A DNA stretch of 64,000 nucleotides, from assembly GCA_013823725.1 (NCBI GenBank), contig PNMQ01000001.1, forward strand, positions 18,437 through 82,436, read 5' to 3'. Position numbers and translations under genes: made by a program. Positions 9,225 through 20,000 of the stretch are shown in pieces; positions within the stretch are counted from its first letter, which is position 1; each line of letters begins with the position of its first letter. The stretch is from Candidatus Pelagibacter sp. (GTDB taxonomy: Bacteria > Pseudomonadota > Alphaproteobacteria > Paracaedibacterales > CAIOTO01). The notes beneath the pieces were generated by a model, which was not told the DNA's origin, did not search any database, and saw only the letters and a list, made by a program, of their open reading frames with translations.

Positions 9225-10138
9225 TGATTAAAAAGGCGGATTTGTTCCCATAAATAATTTAAATCCTGACTAAGATCAAGCGCATTTGGAAACTTACTTT
9301 TAAGCCAAGTGCGTTGTCTTTTTGCATACTGCCGTGTCTCTATGGTTATTTGTTCTTTTAAAACATCAAGAGATATTTTGTTCTGCAAATAGTCCAATAT
9401 ACTCCAGTATCCTAAAGCATGTTTAGTGGGGCAACGAATGTTGGGTACATTTTTTTCAAAGTCAGCTGCTTCTTGTATAACGTTTTGTTCGATCATGATA
9501 TTAATTCTGTGAATAATTTTTCTTTCTAACACTTCTTTGTCTGGATTAAGGACGCAAGAGATGATGCTGTTAAAATTGAATTTTTGTGCACGATTACCTT
9601 GATATTCACGTATGGATAACCCAGTTTGTAGCTTAATAGCTAATGCTCTTTTCAGGCGCTGCGGATCTTGTGGGGGATTGTGTTCAATCAAAAGAGGATC
9701 AATTTGAAAAACATGATTTTTGAAATCTTGAAATTCTAAGTTGTTAAAAATATTATCAACTTTTAATACTGTTTGGTCTGTCATTAATGGGATGCTTGAT
9801 AACCCATGTAAAAAACAATTGAGCCAAAATCCTGTGCCTCCAACCATGATAATCCAACCATCATCAAGGCGATTTTGATCTATGCATTGTTCAACATCTA
9901 AAAGCCAATCAGCAACAGATCCTTTATGATCATAAGACCTATGGTCATAAAGATAGTGAGGTGCTTGTTTTAATTCAGATTCAGAAGGTTTTGCTGACAG
10001 AAGGGGAAGTCCTTGATACCATTGCAGGGAATCAAAATTGACAACTGATCCGTTCAATTGACGGGCAATTTCAATAGCGCATTTTGTTTTGCCACTTGCC
10101 GTTGGTCCAAATATGGATATGACGTTAAGTGGCTTCAT
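9221..10138 (-). CDS. miaA: tRNA dimethylallyltransferase
   Basis: P-loop GPTASGKT, SLQWYQGLPLLSAKPS, and overall MiaA length. Its 3' end overlaps the flgE 3' end by 4 nt (convergent). Confidence 0.95.
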   Translation of the reverse strand: MKPLNVISIFGPTASGKTKCAIEIARQLNGSVVNFDSLQWYQGLPLLSAKPSESELKQAPHYLYDHRSYDHKGSVADWLLDVEQCIDQNRLDDGWIIMVGGTGFWLNCFLHGLSSIPLMTDQTVLKVDNIFNNLEFQDFKNHVFQIDPLLIEHNPPQDPQRLKRALAIKLQTGLSIREYQGNRAQKFNFNSIISCVLNPDKEVLERKIIHRINIMIEQNVIQEAADFEKNVPNIRCPTKHALGYWSILDYLQNKISLDVLKEQITIETRQYAKRQRTWLKSKFPNALDLSQDLNYLWEQIRLFNH

Positions 10139-11620
10139 TTATGAATGTAAGGCTTTGTCAAAAGCAGCCCACGCTGCTTCTTTAATGGCTTCATTTAATG
10201 TGGGATGTGCATGACAGGTGCGGGCAATGTCTTCTGATGTTCCTGAGAACTCCATAATTGCAACAACCTGAGAAATCAAAGTTCCTGCGTCGTGTCCAAC
10301 AATAGCACACCCTAATACTTTATCTGTATGCGCATCTGTTAAAATTTTAACAAAGCCTTGAGTGCGTCCTATAGCTTTAGCGCGACCATTCCCATTAAAT
10401 GTGAACTTGCCAATTTTATAGCTAACATTTTCTTTTTTAAGGTCTTTTTCATTTTTGCCTACAAATCCAATCTCTGGATGTGTATACACAACACCTGGAA
10501 TAAGATTGTAATTAACGATAGCGGCTTGTCCTGAAATAATTTCAGCAACAGCGATGGCTTCTTCTATTGCTTTATGGGCAAGCATGGGGCCTTTGATGCA
10601 ATCGCCAATAGCATAAATATGTTCGAAATTGGATTGATAGTCGTCATTGACATCGATATATCCATGTTCATTTGTTTTTAAACCGATAGCATCAAGATTC
10701 AAATGATGTGTATTAGGGGTTCTTCCTACACACACTAAAATGTGATCACAATCCATAATTTCAGGTTTATCTGCTCGTTCAAGATTATCCACAAGATGCA
10801 GCGCTAAAGGTGGAATAGCGTCTCCATGAACACGTTTCTGTGATTTATTATTTTCTTTTCTCGTAAGTCCTGCTACAGAATGGTTGAATTTAAAGACAAT
10901 GCCTTTTTTTTCAAAATGCGCAAGAACTGTTTGTTGAACATCAGTATCTAGATTATCTAAGATGCTTGGGCTTGCATCAATAATGGTAACGTGTGCACCA
11001 AAATCGTGCCATGCATTCCCTAATTCTAGACCAATATATCCACCTCCTATAACTACAAGATGTTTAGGTACATGATGAAGGTTTAAAATACCTGTCGAAC
11101 TTAAAATATCTTTTTCGTTGATTGCTAATTGATCATGCTCTCTTGGTACAGATCCAGTGGCAATGATAATATTTTCACCTGTTATGGTAAATGAATCATT
11201 ATGTTCGGTAGTAATTTTTATTGTATAAGGGTCTTCAAAAGAAGCTAATCCATGATAGGTTTTAATGTTGTGTTTTTTAAACAAATGAGAAATACCATGC
11301 GTTAGTTCATGAATCACTTTTTTACGGTGGGTATGGACTTTTTCAAGATTAAGATCTGCGCCATTACATTCAATGCCAATCGCTGAATAATGATTTTGAA
11401 CTTCATTATATTTGTGTGCGATATCCAAAAGCGTCTTAGATGGAATACAACCAATGTTTAAACACGTCCCCCCAAGAGATGGATTTTTATCTATTACAGC
11501 AACTTTTTTGCCCAATTGAGCAAGTTTTATAGCAGCTACATAGCCACCTGGACCAGAACCAATAATGACGCAGTCGTAATCTTTTTTTTGATGTTCCATC
11601 TTCTTTTTTTTTAATGACAT
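10139..11620 (-). CDS. lpdA: Dihydrolipoyl dehydrogenase (E3)
   Basis: FAD motif DCVIIGSGPGGY, redox-active disulfide GGTCLNIGCIPSK, and C-terminal HAHPTLNEA. The true start may be the second Met (MEHQKK). Confidence 0.95.
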   Translation of the reverse strand: MSLKKKKMEHQKKDYDCVIIGSGPGGYVAAIKLAQLGKKVAVIDKNPSLGGTCLNIGCIPSKTLLDIAHKYNEVQNHYSAIGIECNGADLNLEKVHTHRKKVIHELTHGISHLFKKHNIKTYHGLASFEDPYTIKITTEHNDSFTITGENIIIATGSVPREHDQLAINEKDILSSTGILNLHHVPKHLVVIGGGYIGLELGNAWHDFGAHVTIIDASPSILDNLDTDVQQTVLAHFEKKGIVFKFNHSVAGLTRKENNKSQKRVHGDAIPPLALHLVDNLERADKPEIMDCDHILVCVGRTPNTHHLNLDAIGLKTNEHGYIDVNDDYQSNFEHIYAIGDCIKGPMLAHKAIEEAIAVAEIISGQAAIVNYNLIPGVVYTHPEIGFVGKNEKDLKKENVSYKIGKFTFNGNGRAKAIGRTQGFVKILTDAHTDKVLGCAIVGHDAGTLISQVVAIMEFSGTSEDIARTCHAHPTLNEAIKEAAWAAFDKALHS

Positions 11621-11652
11621 TGTAAACCCATAGCAATTATAAAAAAATTGTA

Positions 11653-13578
11653 TTAATTATAATTTAAGATTCTGTTTTTTTCTAATTCACAGACTTTAGA
11701 CAAAAAATCATTCAAGTTAAGGGTTTGGGTTTGAGCAGATCCTAAAGTTCTGATGGTAACAGTTTTGTTTTCTTTTTCTTGTTGTCCAACAACAACAATG
11801 AAAGGAATTTTTTGCAAAGAATGTTCTCTGACTTTATAGCTGATTTTTTCATTTCTAATATCTAGTTCTGCATCGATTCCTAAATGAAGAAGTTCTTTAT
11901 GAATTTGTGTTGCGTATGATTCGCTGTCACCTGTAATGTTGGCTACCATCACTTGTGTTGGTGAAAGCCAAAAAGGCAATTTTCCAGCGTAATGTTCAAT
12001 AAGCACACCCATGAATCTTTCTAACGATCCAAGGATTGCACGATGCAGCATGACGGGGCGATGTTTTTTTCCATCTTCAGCTATGTATGTTGCATCAAGT
12101 CGTTCTGGTAACAGGAAATCGACCTGTAAGGTTCCGCATTGCCATTCGCGATTTAGACAATCTTTCAATGTGAATTCAAGTTTAGGTCCATAAAAAGCAC
12201 CTTCTCCTGGATTATGGATAAGTTCTAATCCTGCTTCTATGGATGCACTGCGCAAAGCTTCTTCTGCTGCATCCCACATTTCATCCGTTCCGCCTCTTTT
12301 TTCGGGGCGATCAGAAAATTTCACTTTTACTTCATTGAAACCAAATTGTTCGTAGACCTCTAGTAAAAGTTTACAAAATTTTTGCGTCTCAGATGATATT
12401 TGCTCCGGGGTGCAAAAAATATGCGCATCATCTTGGGTGAAAGCTCGAACACGCATTAATCCGTGCAAAGCACCTGAAGGTTCGTTGCGATGGCAGCTTC
12501 CAAATTCAGATATTCGTAACGGCAGATCTCTGTAACTTTTGATGCCTTGTTTGTAAATTTGAACATGGCAGGGACAGTTCATGGGTTTAACGGCTAATGT
12601 TTTTTCTTCAGATTGAAGGGTGAACATATTTTGTCCATACATATCCCAATGACCTGATGCTTCCCATAATGATCGATCAACCAACTGAGGTGTTTTGACT
12701 TCAACGTATTCTTCTTTATCTAGATGTTCTCTAATAAAGTTTTCGATTTTACGGTAAACTTTCCATCCTTTTGGATGCCAAAAAATACTTCCGACAGCTT
12801 CTTCTTGGATATGAAACATCTTCAGTTCATGACCAAGGCGACGGTGATCACGTTTTTCCGCTTCTTCTAAAAAATGAAGATATTGATCAAGCTGCGCTTG
12901 TGTTGCCCACGCTGTTCCGTAAATACGTTGCAGCATCGGGTTACGCGAATCACCACGCCAATAGGCGCCTGCTACTTTCATTAGTTTAAAAGCTGTTCCA
13001 ATTTTTCCTGTGGATGGAAGGTGAGGGCCTCTACATAAATCCATGAATTTACCTTGGCGGTATAGCGTTATCATTTCAGTTGCAGGAATGCTTCCAATGA
13101 TTTCTGCTTTAAAATGTTCACCAATAGATTTAAAGAATTCAATGGCTTTGTTGCGTTCCCATTCTTCACGAATAAAGGCTTCATTACGATTAATAATTTC
13201 ATGCATCTTTTTTTCAATTTTCACCAAATCATCTGTGGTGAATGGTGTTTCAATAAAAATATCATAATAGAAACCATTTTCAATAGATGGTCCTATGGTG
13301 ATTTGTGCATGGGGATATAATTCTTTAATGGATTCAGCTAAAACGTGAGCTGCATCATGGCGAATGATTTCAAGGCCTTCTGGATCATTTCGTGTAATAA
13401 TTTCTAGCGTACATTCTTTGGGAAGAATACGCGTTAAATCCCAAAGTTGTCCGTTGACACTAGCTGCAACTGCTTCTTTAGCAAGTTTTTTCGAAATGGA
13501 TTCGGCAATATCAAGAGGTGTAGTCGAGGATGCATACTCTTTTTTAGTACCGTCTTTTAAAGTGATTATATGCTCCAT
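11653..13578 (-). CDS. thrS: Threonine--tRNA ligase
   Basis: Full-length ThrS architecture (TGS, editing, class II core, anticodon-binding). Motifs [40 protein letters not shown]. Confidence 0.97.
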   Translation of the reverse strand: MEHIITLKDGTKKEYASSTTPLDIAESISKKLAKEAVAASVNGQLWDLTRILPKECTLEIITRNDPEGLEIIRHDAAHVLAESIKELYPHAQITIGPSIENGFYYDIFIETPFTTDDLVKIEKKMHEIINRNEAFIREEWERNKAIEFFKSIGEHFKAEIIGSIPATEMITLYRQGKFMDLCRGPHLPSTGKIGTAFKLMKVAGAYWRGDSRNPMLQRIYGTAWATQAQLDQYLHFLEEAEKRDHRRLGHELKMFHIQEEAVGSIFWHPKGWKVYRKIENFIREHLDKEEYVEVKTPQLVDRSLWEASGHWDMYGQNMFTLQSEEKTLAVKPMNCPCHVQIYKQGIKSYRDLPLRISEFGSCHRNEPSGALHGLMRVRAFTQDDAHIFCTPEQISSETQKFCKLLLEVYEQFGFNEVKVKFSDRPEKRGGTDEMWDAAEEALRSASIEAGLELIHNPGEGAFYGPKLEFTLKDCLNREWQCGTLQVDFLLPERLDATYIAEDGKKHRPVMLHRAILGSLERFMGVLIEHYAGKLPFWLSPTQVMVANITGDSESYATQIHKELLHLGIDAELDIRNEKISYKVREHSLQKIPFIVVVGQQEKENKTVTIRTLGSAQTQTLNLNDFLSKVCELEKNRILNYN

Positions 13579-13684
13579 ATACTCTCTTGAGAAATAAAAA
13601 TATCTTTCAATATTTAATCAAAATTGCAATAAATTGTCAACGATGATAACGTTTTAAAGAGATGAATCATTGTAGGGTATTAAT

Positions 13685-14776
13685 ATGTCGGGAAATACAT
13701 TGGGCCATATTTTTAAGCTTACCACTTTTGGTGAAAGTCACGGTAAAGCTTTGGGCGGGATTTTAGATGGTGTTCCTCCAGGGATTGTACTGGATTTATC
13801 TGAAATTCAAAAAATAGTAGATAGGCGTAAACCTGGAAACTCTGCATATGTAACTTCTAGAAAAGAAGAAGATCAGGTCGAGTTTTTATCGGGTTTGTTG
13901 GATGGAACAACAACAGGAACCCCTTTGATGTTTATTGTTAACAATACCGATCAAAGAAGCAAAGATTACGATAATTACAAAGACGTGTATAGGCCAGGAC
14001 ATGGTGATATGACATATGACCATAAGTATGGAATAAGAGATCATCGTGGTGGAGGCAGAGCATCGGCTAGAGAAACAGTTTCAAGAGTTATTGGTGGTGC
14101 TGTTGCGTTGCAAATTTTGAAATCTTTATGGCAAAAAGATCTATTCATTCGCACATGTGTTGTTCAATTAGGAAAGCATAAAGTACCCGAGCATGTTTTA
14201 GATTCTGTAGATTGGGGTTTTGTCGCATCAAATCCTTTAAAATGTCCCTGTCCTAATACTTTGAAAATTTGGCAGAAAGAGATGGACGTTTTAATTGATT
14301 CTGGAAAATCTGTGGGTGCCAATGTTTATATGGAAACAACAGATTTAAAAATAGGGTTAGGTGCGCCTGTGTTTGATAAATTAGATGCAGACTTGGCTAA
14401 AGCATGGATGAGTATTAATGCCGTGAAATCCGTTTGTTTAGGAAAAACATTTGATGTTGCATCAGCCGACCAAGGTTTTGATGAAATGCAAATAAAGGAT
14501 GGATCCTTTCAATTTAATAGCAATCGTTCTGGTGGAACGTTAGCAGGTATATCAACAGGTCAACCGATTGTTGGATTAATCGGGTTTAAACCAACCAGTT
14601 CAAATTTAATAAACCGAAAAACAATTAATTCACAAGGAGGCAATGTAGAAATTAACATATCTGGTCGCCACGACCCGTGTGTCGCGTTAAGAGCAGGGCC
14701 TATTGTAGAGGCTATGACAGCCCTTACATTACTTGATCATTATTTATTGCATCGTGCACAATGCGGTGATAGATGA
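13685..14776 (+). CDS. aroC: Chorismate synthase
   Basis: GNTLGHIFKLTTFGESHG, RPGHGDMTYDHKYG, GGGRASARET, SGRHDPCV. Confidence 0.97.
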   Translation: MSGNTLGHIFKLTTFGESHGKALGGILDGVPPGIVLDLSEIQKIVDRRKPGNSAYVTSRKEEDQVEFLSGLLDGTTTGTPLMFIVNNTDQRSKDYDNYKDVYRPGHGDMTYDHKYGIRDHRGGGRASARETVSRVIGGAVALQILKSLWQKDLFIRTCVVQLGKHKVPEHVLDSVDWGFVASNPLKCPCPNTLKIWQKEMDVLIDSGKSVGANVYMETTDLKIGLGAPVFDKLDADLAKAWMSINAVKSVCLGKTFDVASADQGFDEMQIKDGSFQFNSNRSGGTLAGISTGQPIVGLIGFKPTSSNLINRKTINSQGGNVEINISGRHDPCVALRAGPIVEAMTALTLLDHYLLHRAQCGDR

Positions 14777-14888
14777 TATTGCTTTTCATTTTGTATAGTT
14801 ATCTCGACGTAATTCCTTGAATCGTTGATTCTAATCGTCCATAATTGAAATAAAAACAACATTATTTTTCATTTAAAGAGTTCATTTT

Positions 14889-16232
14889 GTGGCAAAAAAA
14901 ATAAACATTAATCCACAAATCTTATGGCATGAGGGCATGTTATTGTCTCCTCATCACTTTCAACAGTTTGAATTAAGATTTAATCAGTTATTAGGTTCTC
15001 AAAAATTTGCAACATCTCCTTATGCTTGGGGTGTTATCCGCATGAGTATTGATCGTACCAAAATTCAAGATGGTGTTTTTAGTATTGCAGAATTAGAAGC
15101 CTATTTGCCTGATGGCACATTCATTCAATATTCTTCTTCAGATCATAGGTTAAAGGCTTTAGAAATTGATTTAAAAGAAACAGCTAAACATGCATCTTCT
15201 GAAACGCATAATTTATATTTGTGTTTGGCTTTGAATGATGCGGTTTATACGGAAAAATCAAGATATTACCCTATTGAAGGTATCGATGTTCAAGATTATT
15301 CCATGCCTGATAATATTGTGGCTGTCACACAGTTATTTCCTTCATTATCTTTAGTGGTATCAGAATATCTACCCGTTGGATTTACAGGGTTTAAACTTGC
15401 TTCTCTCGATTTAAGAGATCAATTTTCCTATGACGAATACATACCTCCTTGTGTTTATTTATCTAAAGAAATGATTGTTTGGAAAAAAGCACAAGCCTTG
15501 TCATCTAAAATGCGTGAAAAGGCGCTTATGTTAGCGGGTGTTTGCGGTAGTTTTCAAATGACTCCAATGTTAACTGAAACAGAAAAATTATTAAGGCCTT
15601 TGGTTTCAGCATTACCTTTAATTGAAAGTGTTTTGCTCAATGATTACGTCAGTCCTTATGCGTTATACCAATCTTTTGTGCAAATATTAAGCCACTTGAA
15701 TGTTTTGAATTTGACGCAAGTCCCAAGCATTGTTCCTATTTATGATCATGAAAATCTGCTTGCAACTTTTGACCCCTTAATTGATACCATTGATAGTCTT
15801 CTAGATCGTATTGAGCAAAGTTATTTCACATTCCCTTTCAGTAAGAAAGAAAGACTTTTTTATCTTAATCTTAATAAAGGGCATATCCAAAATAGCTTGT
15901 ATATTGGTGTGCGTGTCCCCAAAGGGGTTGCATCTAAAGTTGTCGAAACGTGGATGATGGAATCTGTCATTGTTTCTGATTTTGCCATTGATTATACGCG
16001 TAGTCGAAGAATCATAGGTGCAACACGTCGACGAATTGATGAAGAAACGGCTCTAGAAATGATGCCAGCACGAGATGTTCTTGTATTCGAAATTCCTTTT
16101 GATCGCGAATTTATAGCTGTCAATCAAAATTTAAATATTTTTAATCCTAATGATGCAGACGATAAGCGTCCGCTAGAAATGACATTGTATGTGAAAAAAG
16201 CTGAAATTTTAAATGTTCGCGTTGCATTTTAG
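14889..16232 (+). CDS. tssK: Type VI secretion baseplate protein TssK
   Basis: The N-terminal ILWHEGMLLSPHHFQQ matches the canonical TssK signature (WxEGMxLxPxHFQQ). ~447 aa. GTG start. Directly followed by tssL-tssM. Confidence 0.85.
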   Translation: MAKKININPQILWHEGMLLSPHHFQQFELRFNQLLGSQKFATSPYAWGVIRMSIDRTKIQDGVFSIAELEAYLPDGTFIQYSSSDHRLKALEIDLKETAKHASSETHNLYLCLALNDAVYTEKSRYYPIEGIDVQDYSMPDNIVAVTQLFPSLSLVVSEYLPVGFTGFKLASLDLRDQFSYDEYIPPCVYLSKEMIVWKKAQALSSKMREKALMLAGVCGSFQMTPMLTETEKLLRPLVSALPLIESVLLNDYVSPYALYQSFVQILSHLNVLNLTQVPSIVPIYDHENLLATFDPLIDTIDSLLDRIEQSYFTFPFSKKERLFYLNLNKGHIQNSLYIGVRVPKGVASKVVETWMMESVIVSDFAIDYTRSRRIIGATRRRIDEETALEMMPARDVLVFEIPFDREFIAVNQNLNIFNPNDADDKRPLEMTLYVKKAEILNVRVAF

Positions 16233-16244
16233 AGATCGATAAAA

Positions 16245-17075
16245 ATGATGATGTATGCTGTGCCTGTTTCTAATCATCTGCCCTCGAATACACTTGCATC
16301 TAATTTTTTTGTTTCGGTATTTGAAATTTTTTATCAACGTTTATTGCAAGCCATTAAAGATGCTCAAAAATTTAATTATTCCATGAACAATGGTCAATCG
16401 GCAGAAGATGTTATGGCCTTTACTCAGTTATTTCAAAAACGTGTGGCACACGATATTGAAGAAATGGTGGGTAGTTTTTTGTTAGCACCAATGAAAAGCT
16501 TTCCTGAATCTGTGGAAAATTTTAAATATTGTCTTGTGGCTTTTGCAGATGAAATGATTATTGATTCGAATCTATCTGTTTTTATGCATTGGCACACTTG
16601 CCTTATTGAGGGAATTTTTTTTCAAACGCAAATGTCGGGTCAAAAAATTTTCCAATTTATGAATCAGATTTTGCAGCAGTCCTTACCTTATAGATACGAT
16701 TTTGCGGAGCTATGTATTTATATGCTTAATTTAGGGTTTCGGGGGCAATACAGAGATTCGCAAAATAACAATTATATTAATTGGTATAAGCGTGAATTGT
16801 TTGTTTTAATTGCGCAGCATAATCCTAATGTTATTGCGCATAATCATGCCAAATTGTTTCCTCAATGTTATGAATCTACACCTAAAATCCCTATGACCTT
16901 GGGTTTGATTGATAAAAAATCATGGGCAACATTATTTATATCTTTTTCAGTTATTTATATTTTAATGAGTCAAATTATTTGGTTAATGTCAACTCGTGAT
17001 GTTTATCAGAGCATCAAGAAGATTTTGAATTATACCCAAGTTCAAAAAACAACTTTTGGAGATCGTAAAGTCTAA
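16245..17075 (+). CDS. tssL: Type VI secretion membrane protein TssL (DotU family)
   Basis: DotU-like core (YCLVAFADEMIIDS, LNLGFRGQYR), a single C-terminal TM (WATLFISFSVIYILMSQIIWLM), and position between tssK and tssM. The stop overlaps the tssM start (TAATG). Confidence 0.7.
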   Translation: MMMYAVPVSNHLPSNTLASNFFVSVFEIFYQRLLQAIKDAQKFNYSMNNGQSAEDVMAFTQLFQKRVAHDIEEMVGSFLLAPMKSFPESVENFKYCLVAFADEMIIDSNLSVFMHWHTCLIEGIFFQTQMSGQKIFQFMNQILQQSLPYRYDFAELCIYMLNLGFRGQYRDSQNNNYINWYKRELFVLIAQHNPNVIAHNHAKLFPQCYESTPKIPMTLGLIDKKSWATLFISFSVIYILMSQIIWLMSTRDVYQSIKKILNYTQVQKTTFGDRKV

Positions 17076-20000
17076 TGCTTTTTCATCTCAACGTTTTCTT
17101 TATCTATTTTATTCTGTGGAATAATACCGTTTTTGCGACACAGCAAACCAGTCCAAAAAATTCGAGTTTGTTCATCCAAGGACTAAAAAAGATTTTTAGT
17201 TCAGTCGAAGCCCTAACAATTTTTGTGCTTATTTTATTTATTGTTGTTTTTGTAGGTATTTTAATTGTTCATTCTATTTTGAAAAAAAAGAGAGAAGGGC
17301 AATCTGAAGAATTGATACATGAAACTCCTCCTCGTTTAGGCATGTTGTCGGAATATTTGGTGCGCAAAGGGCACATTAAATTAGGTAAGATTGGAAGCTC
17401 CTTCATGAAAGGGCTTTTTTATATAAAACAGAAATTTTCCTTTTCTAATGCTATCTATCAACAACCATGGTTTTTAATTCTAGGTCCAGAAAATGCGGGC
17501 AAAAGTAGTTTATTTTCTCAGTCTAATATTTTTCCAGAAAATGATATTCCTGAAGAACTTAAAAATCCAGAAGCACCTGTCAAATGGTGGTTTTTAGATC
17601 GCATGATTTGTTTAGAACCTCAAGGTAATTTGATTGTAGATTGTTTAGGCCAAGATACGAATCGTTTATCCATGATCTACCTATCTAAATTATTGCGACG
17701 CTACAGAGGTGCACGTCCTCTTAATGGAATAATTTTAACCTTACCGATCAGTGATTTTTATGAATTAGACGATGCTATTTTGGAGAGAAAATATGCACAT
17801 CTTTCTAAAAAAATAAATGATATTTTTTCCTTCATTGCTCTCGATTTGCCAGTTTATGTTATGATCACAAAGTGTGATAAAGTGCCTGGTTTTACCTCAT
17901 TTTTTAGAAATTTCAATAAAAATATTCAAGACGAATTGATTGGTTTTTCAAACCCAGAAATTTCAAAAAAAGCACCTTCATTGCATTTTTTGCATCAAGG
18001 ATTTGAAGCCTTATTTCAGCAACTCAGTTATTTAAGGCTTAATACGGCAGTTCAACAAAGCACATCCAATGCATCTCAGCATGCTTTTTTGTTTTATAGG
18101 AATTTTGAAACGGCATGTAAAAAAATACCTGTCATGATACACAAGTTATTTCATGATCAAGATTTTGCAGAAAATATTATTTTCAGAGGCCTATACATTT
18201 CTGGGGATATGACAATCCACAACGATGTTCCAGCAGATGTTGTTTTAGGTCCTTCGCATACGTATGATGCTGCTTTAGCGATGCAAGAAACCGATGATGA
18301 TAGCTCAAACAATAATCAAAGCATTCAATCATCACCTTATTCTTCAGCAAACCCTTTGCCTGAAAAGGTGGAAAATTCTAAAGAAAATGTGCTTAGAAAA
18401 ATTCGTTTTGTAAAAGACTTATTCAATCACAAATGCCTGAATGAAGCAGGCTTAGCTGTGCCGTCTTTGGCTTATTGGCGTCGTGATAAGATGATTAGAG
18501 GTGTTCAAATCTTTTTTTCTTTCTTTTTAGTTATTGCATCTTATGGCATTTATAATGCCTATGAAAATTTCAACCACCACAGAGATAAGATAAAACCTGT
18601 TCTCCAGAATTTAGAAATGACATTAAGGGAATCGCATATTAATCAATCTATGTTATCGGGTGAAAAAAAAAGCAAAGCAGCTCTAAGTTCTAAAACATTA
18701 ACGTTACAAATTAGACAACTTGTAGATGTCATGTATCATGTTGAAAGGTCAGAGTTTTTTTCATGGTTTATTCCTGCGTCTTGGTGGGGTGGGCTCAATA
18801 ATAGATTCAACCAAATGCTGCACGCTGCATTTTCAGAAGTTTTGATTAAAGCGGTTGTTCATAACCTGGCATTGAAAGCTTCAGAAATGTTGGATCTTTC
18901 AGATCTTCAAAAGAAAAAACCTTCAACTTTTGCGCAAATACTGCACATAACAGGATCGCAAGAATTTGCCGACTGGAATTCTTTTATCGATTCTTTTTCA
19001 GAACTTGTCGAACATATTTCTCTTTTTCAAATGCTTAAAAAAACAGGAGAACCAAAGTTTTTAAGAAAAATTGTTCACTATAGTCTTGGTGAAGATTTAC
19101 CAACAGAATTTTGGAATGCTTATCAAAAACATCAGTCAATCTTATATAAAGATTTTGATTATCCTTATGAAATGACACCTTTAGTTGCTTTGGCACAAAA
19201 GAAATTAGGCGTGCTTCATTTGAAAATTTTAACACAGCTTTTTTCACAAACTCATCCTGTTTCTGTGATAAACCAAATTAAATCTTTTTTGAAAAGTTTA
19301 TCTCAACACAAAGCATTAACGTATGATCAATTGCGAGAACTTAGGCAAATTAGCACAGATTTGAAAAATTCTTTTCACGCTATTGATGTGAACGGCACAA
19401 CATGGATTGATGAAAATAGTACAGAACTTAAAAAAATGCATGCTGTTTTTTATAAGAAAATAAGCCATTCCATTTTATTTGGACCTCATATTGCAGACCA
19501 ACTTAAAGCTCAATTTGACAAAGGTTTGCTGACGCTGCAAAGTTCTCTTAAAGAGCTGAATTTACAATATCAAACGTATCTTTATTCAAAAAAAGAATAT
19601 CTCGATCGTTCTATGGGTCTTGTTAGACTGACAAGTGATATCTTATCTCGTTTGTTTGACGGTGTTTTTGCAGGTGAACTGTACCCTCCACAATTAATTT
19701 TGACACCTCCACCAGGACAGATGCTAACTTTTGATTCAGAAAAATTAAAGTCGATTATAACGTATCAAGATGCTTACAATCAATACCAAGCCAAAGATCT
19801 TAATTTAGTTCCTTTGCCATTTAGAGCAGTATTTAAACACGCCGCAAATGATTTGTATATAGGCACAACTTTTAAAATTTTGTATGAATCTTTGAAAGTG
19901 ATTGATTATCCGCAGAAAAATGAAATTGTTCATATTTTTCAAACTCAACCAGATCGATTATTTTCTTTAAATGCTGCAGATTATTCCATGCTTATGGATG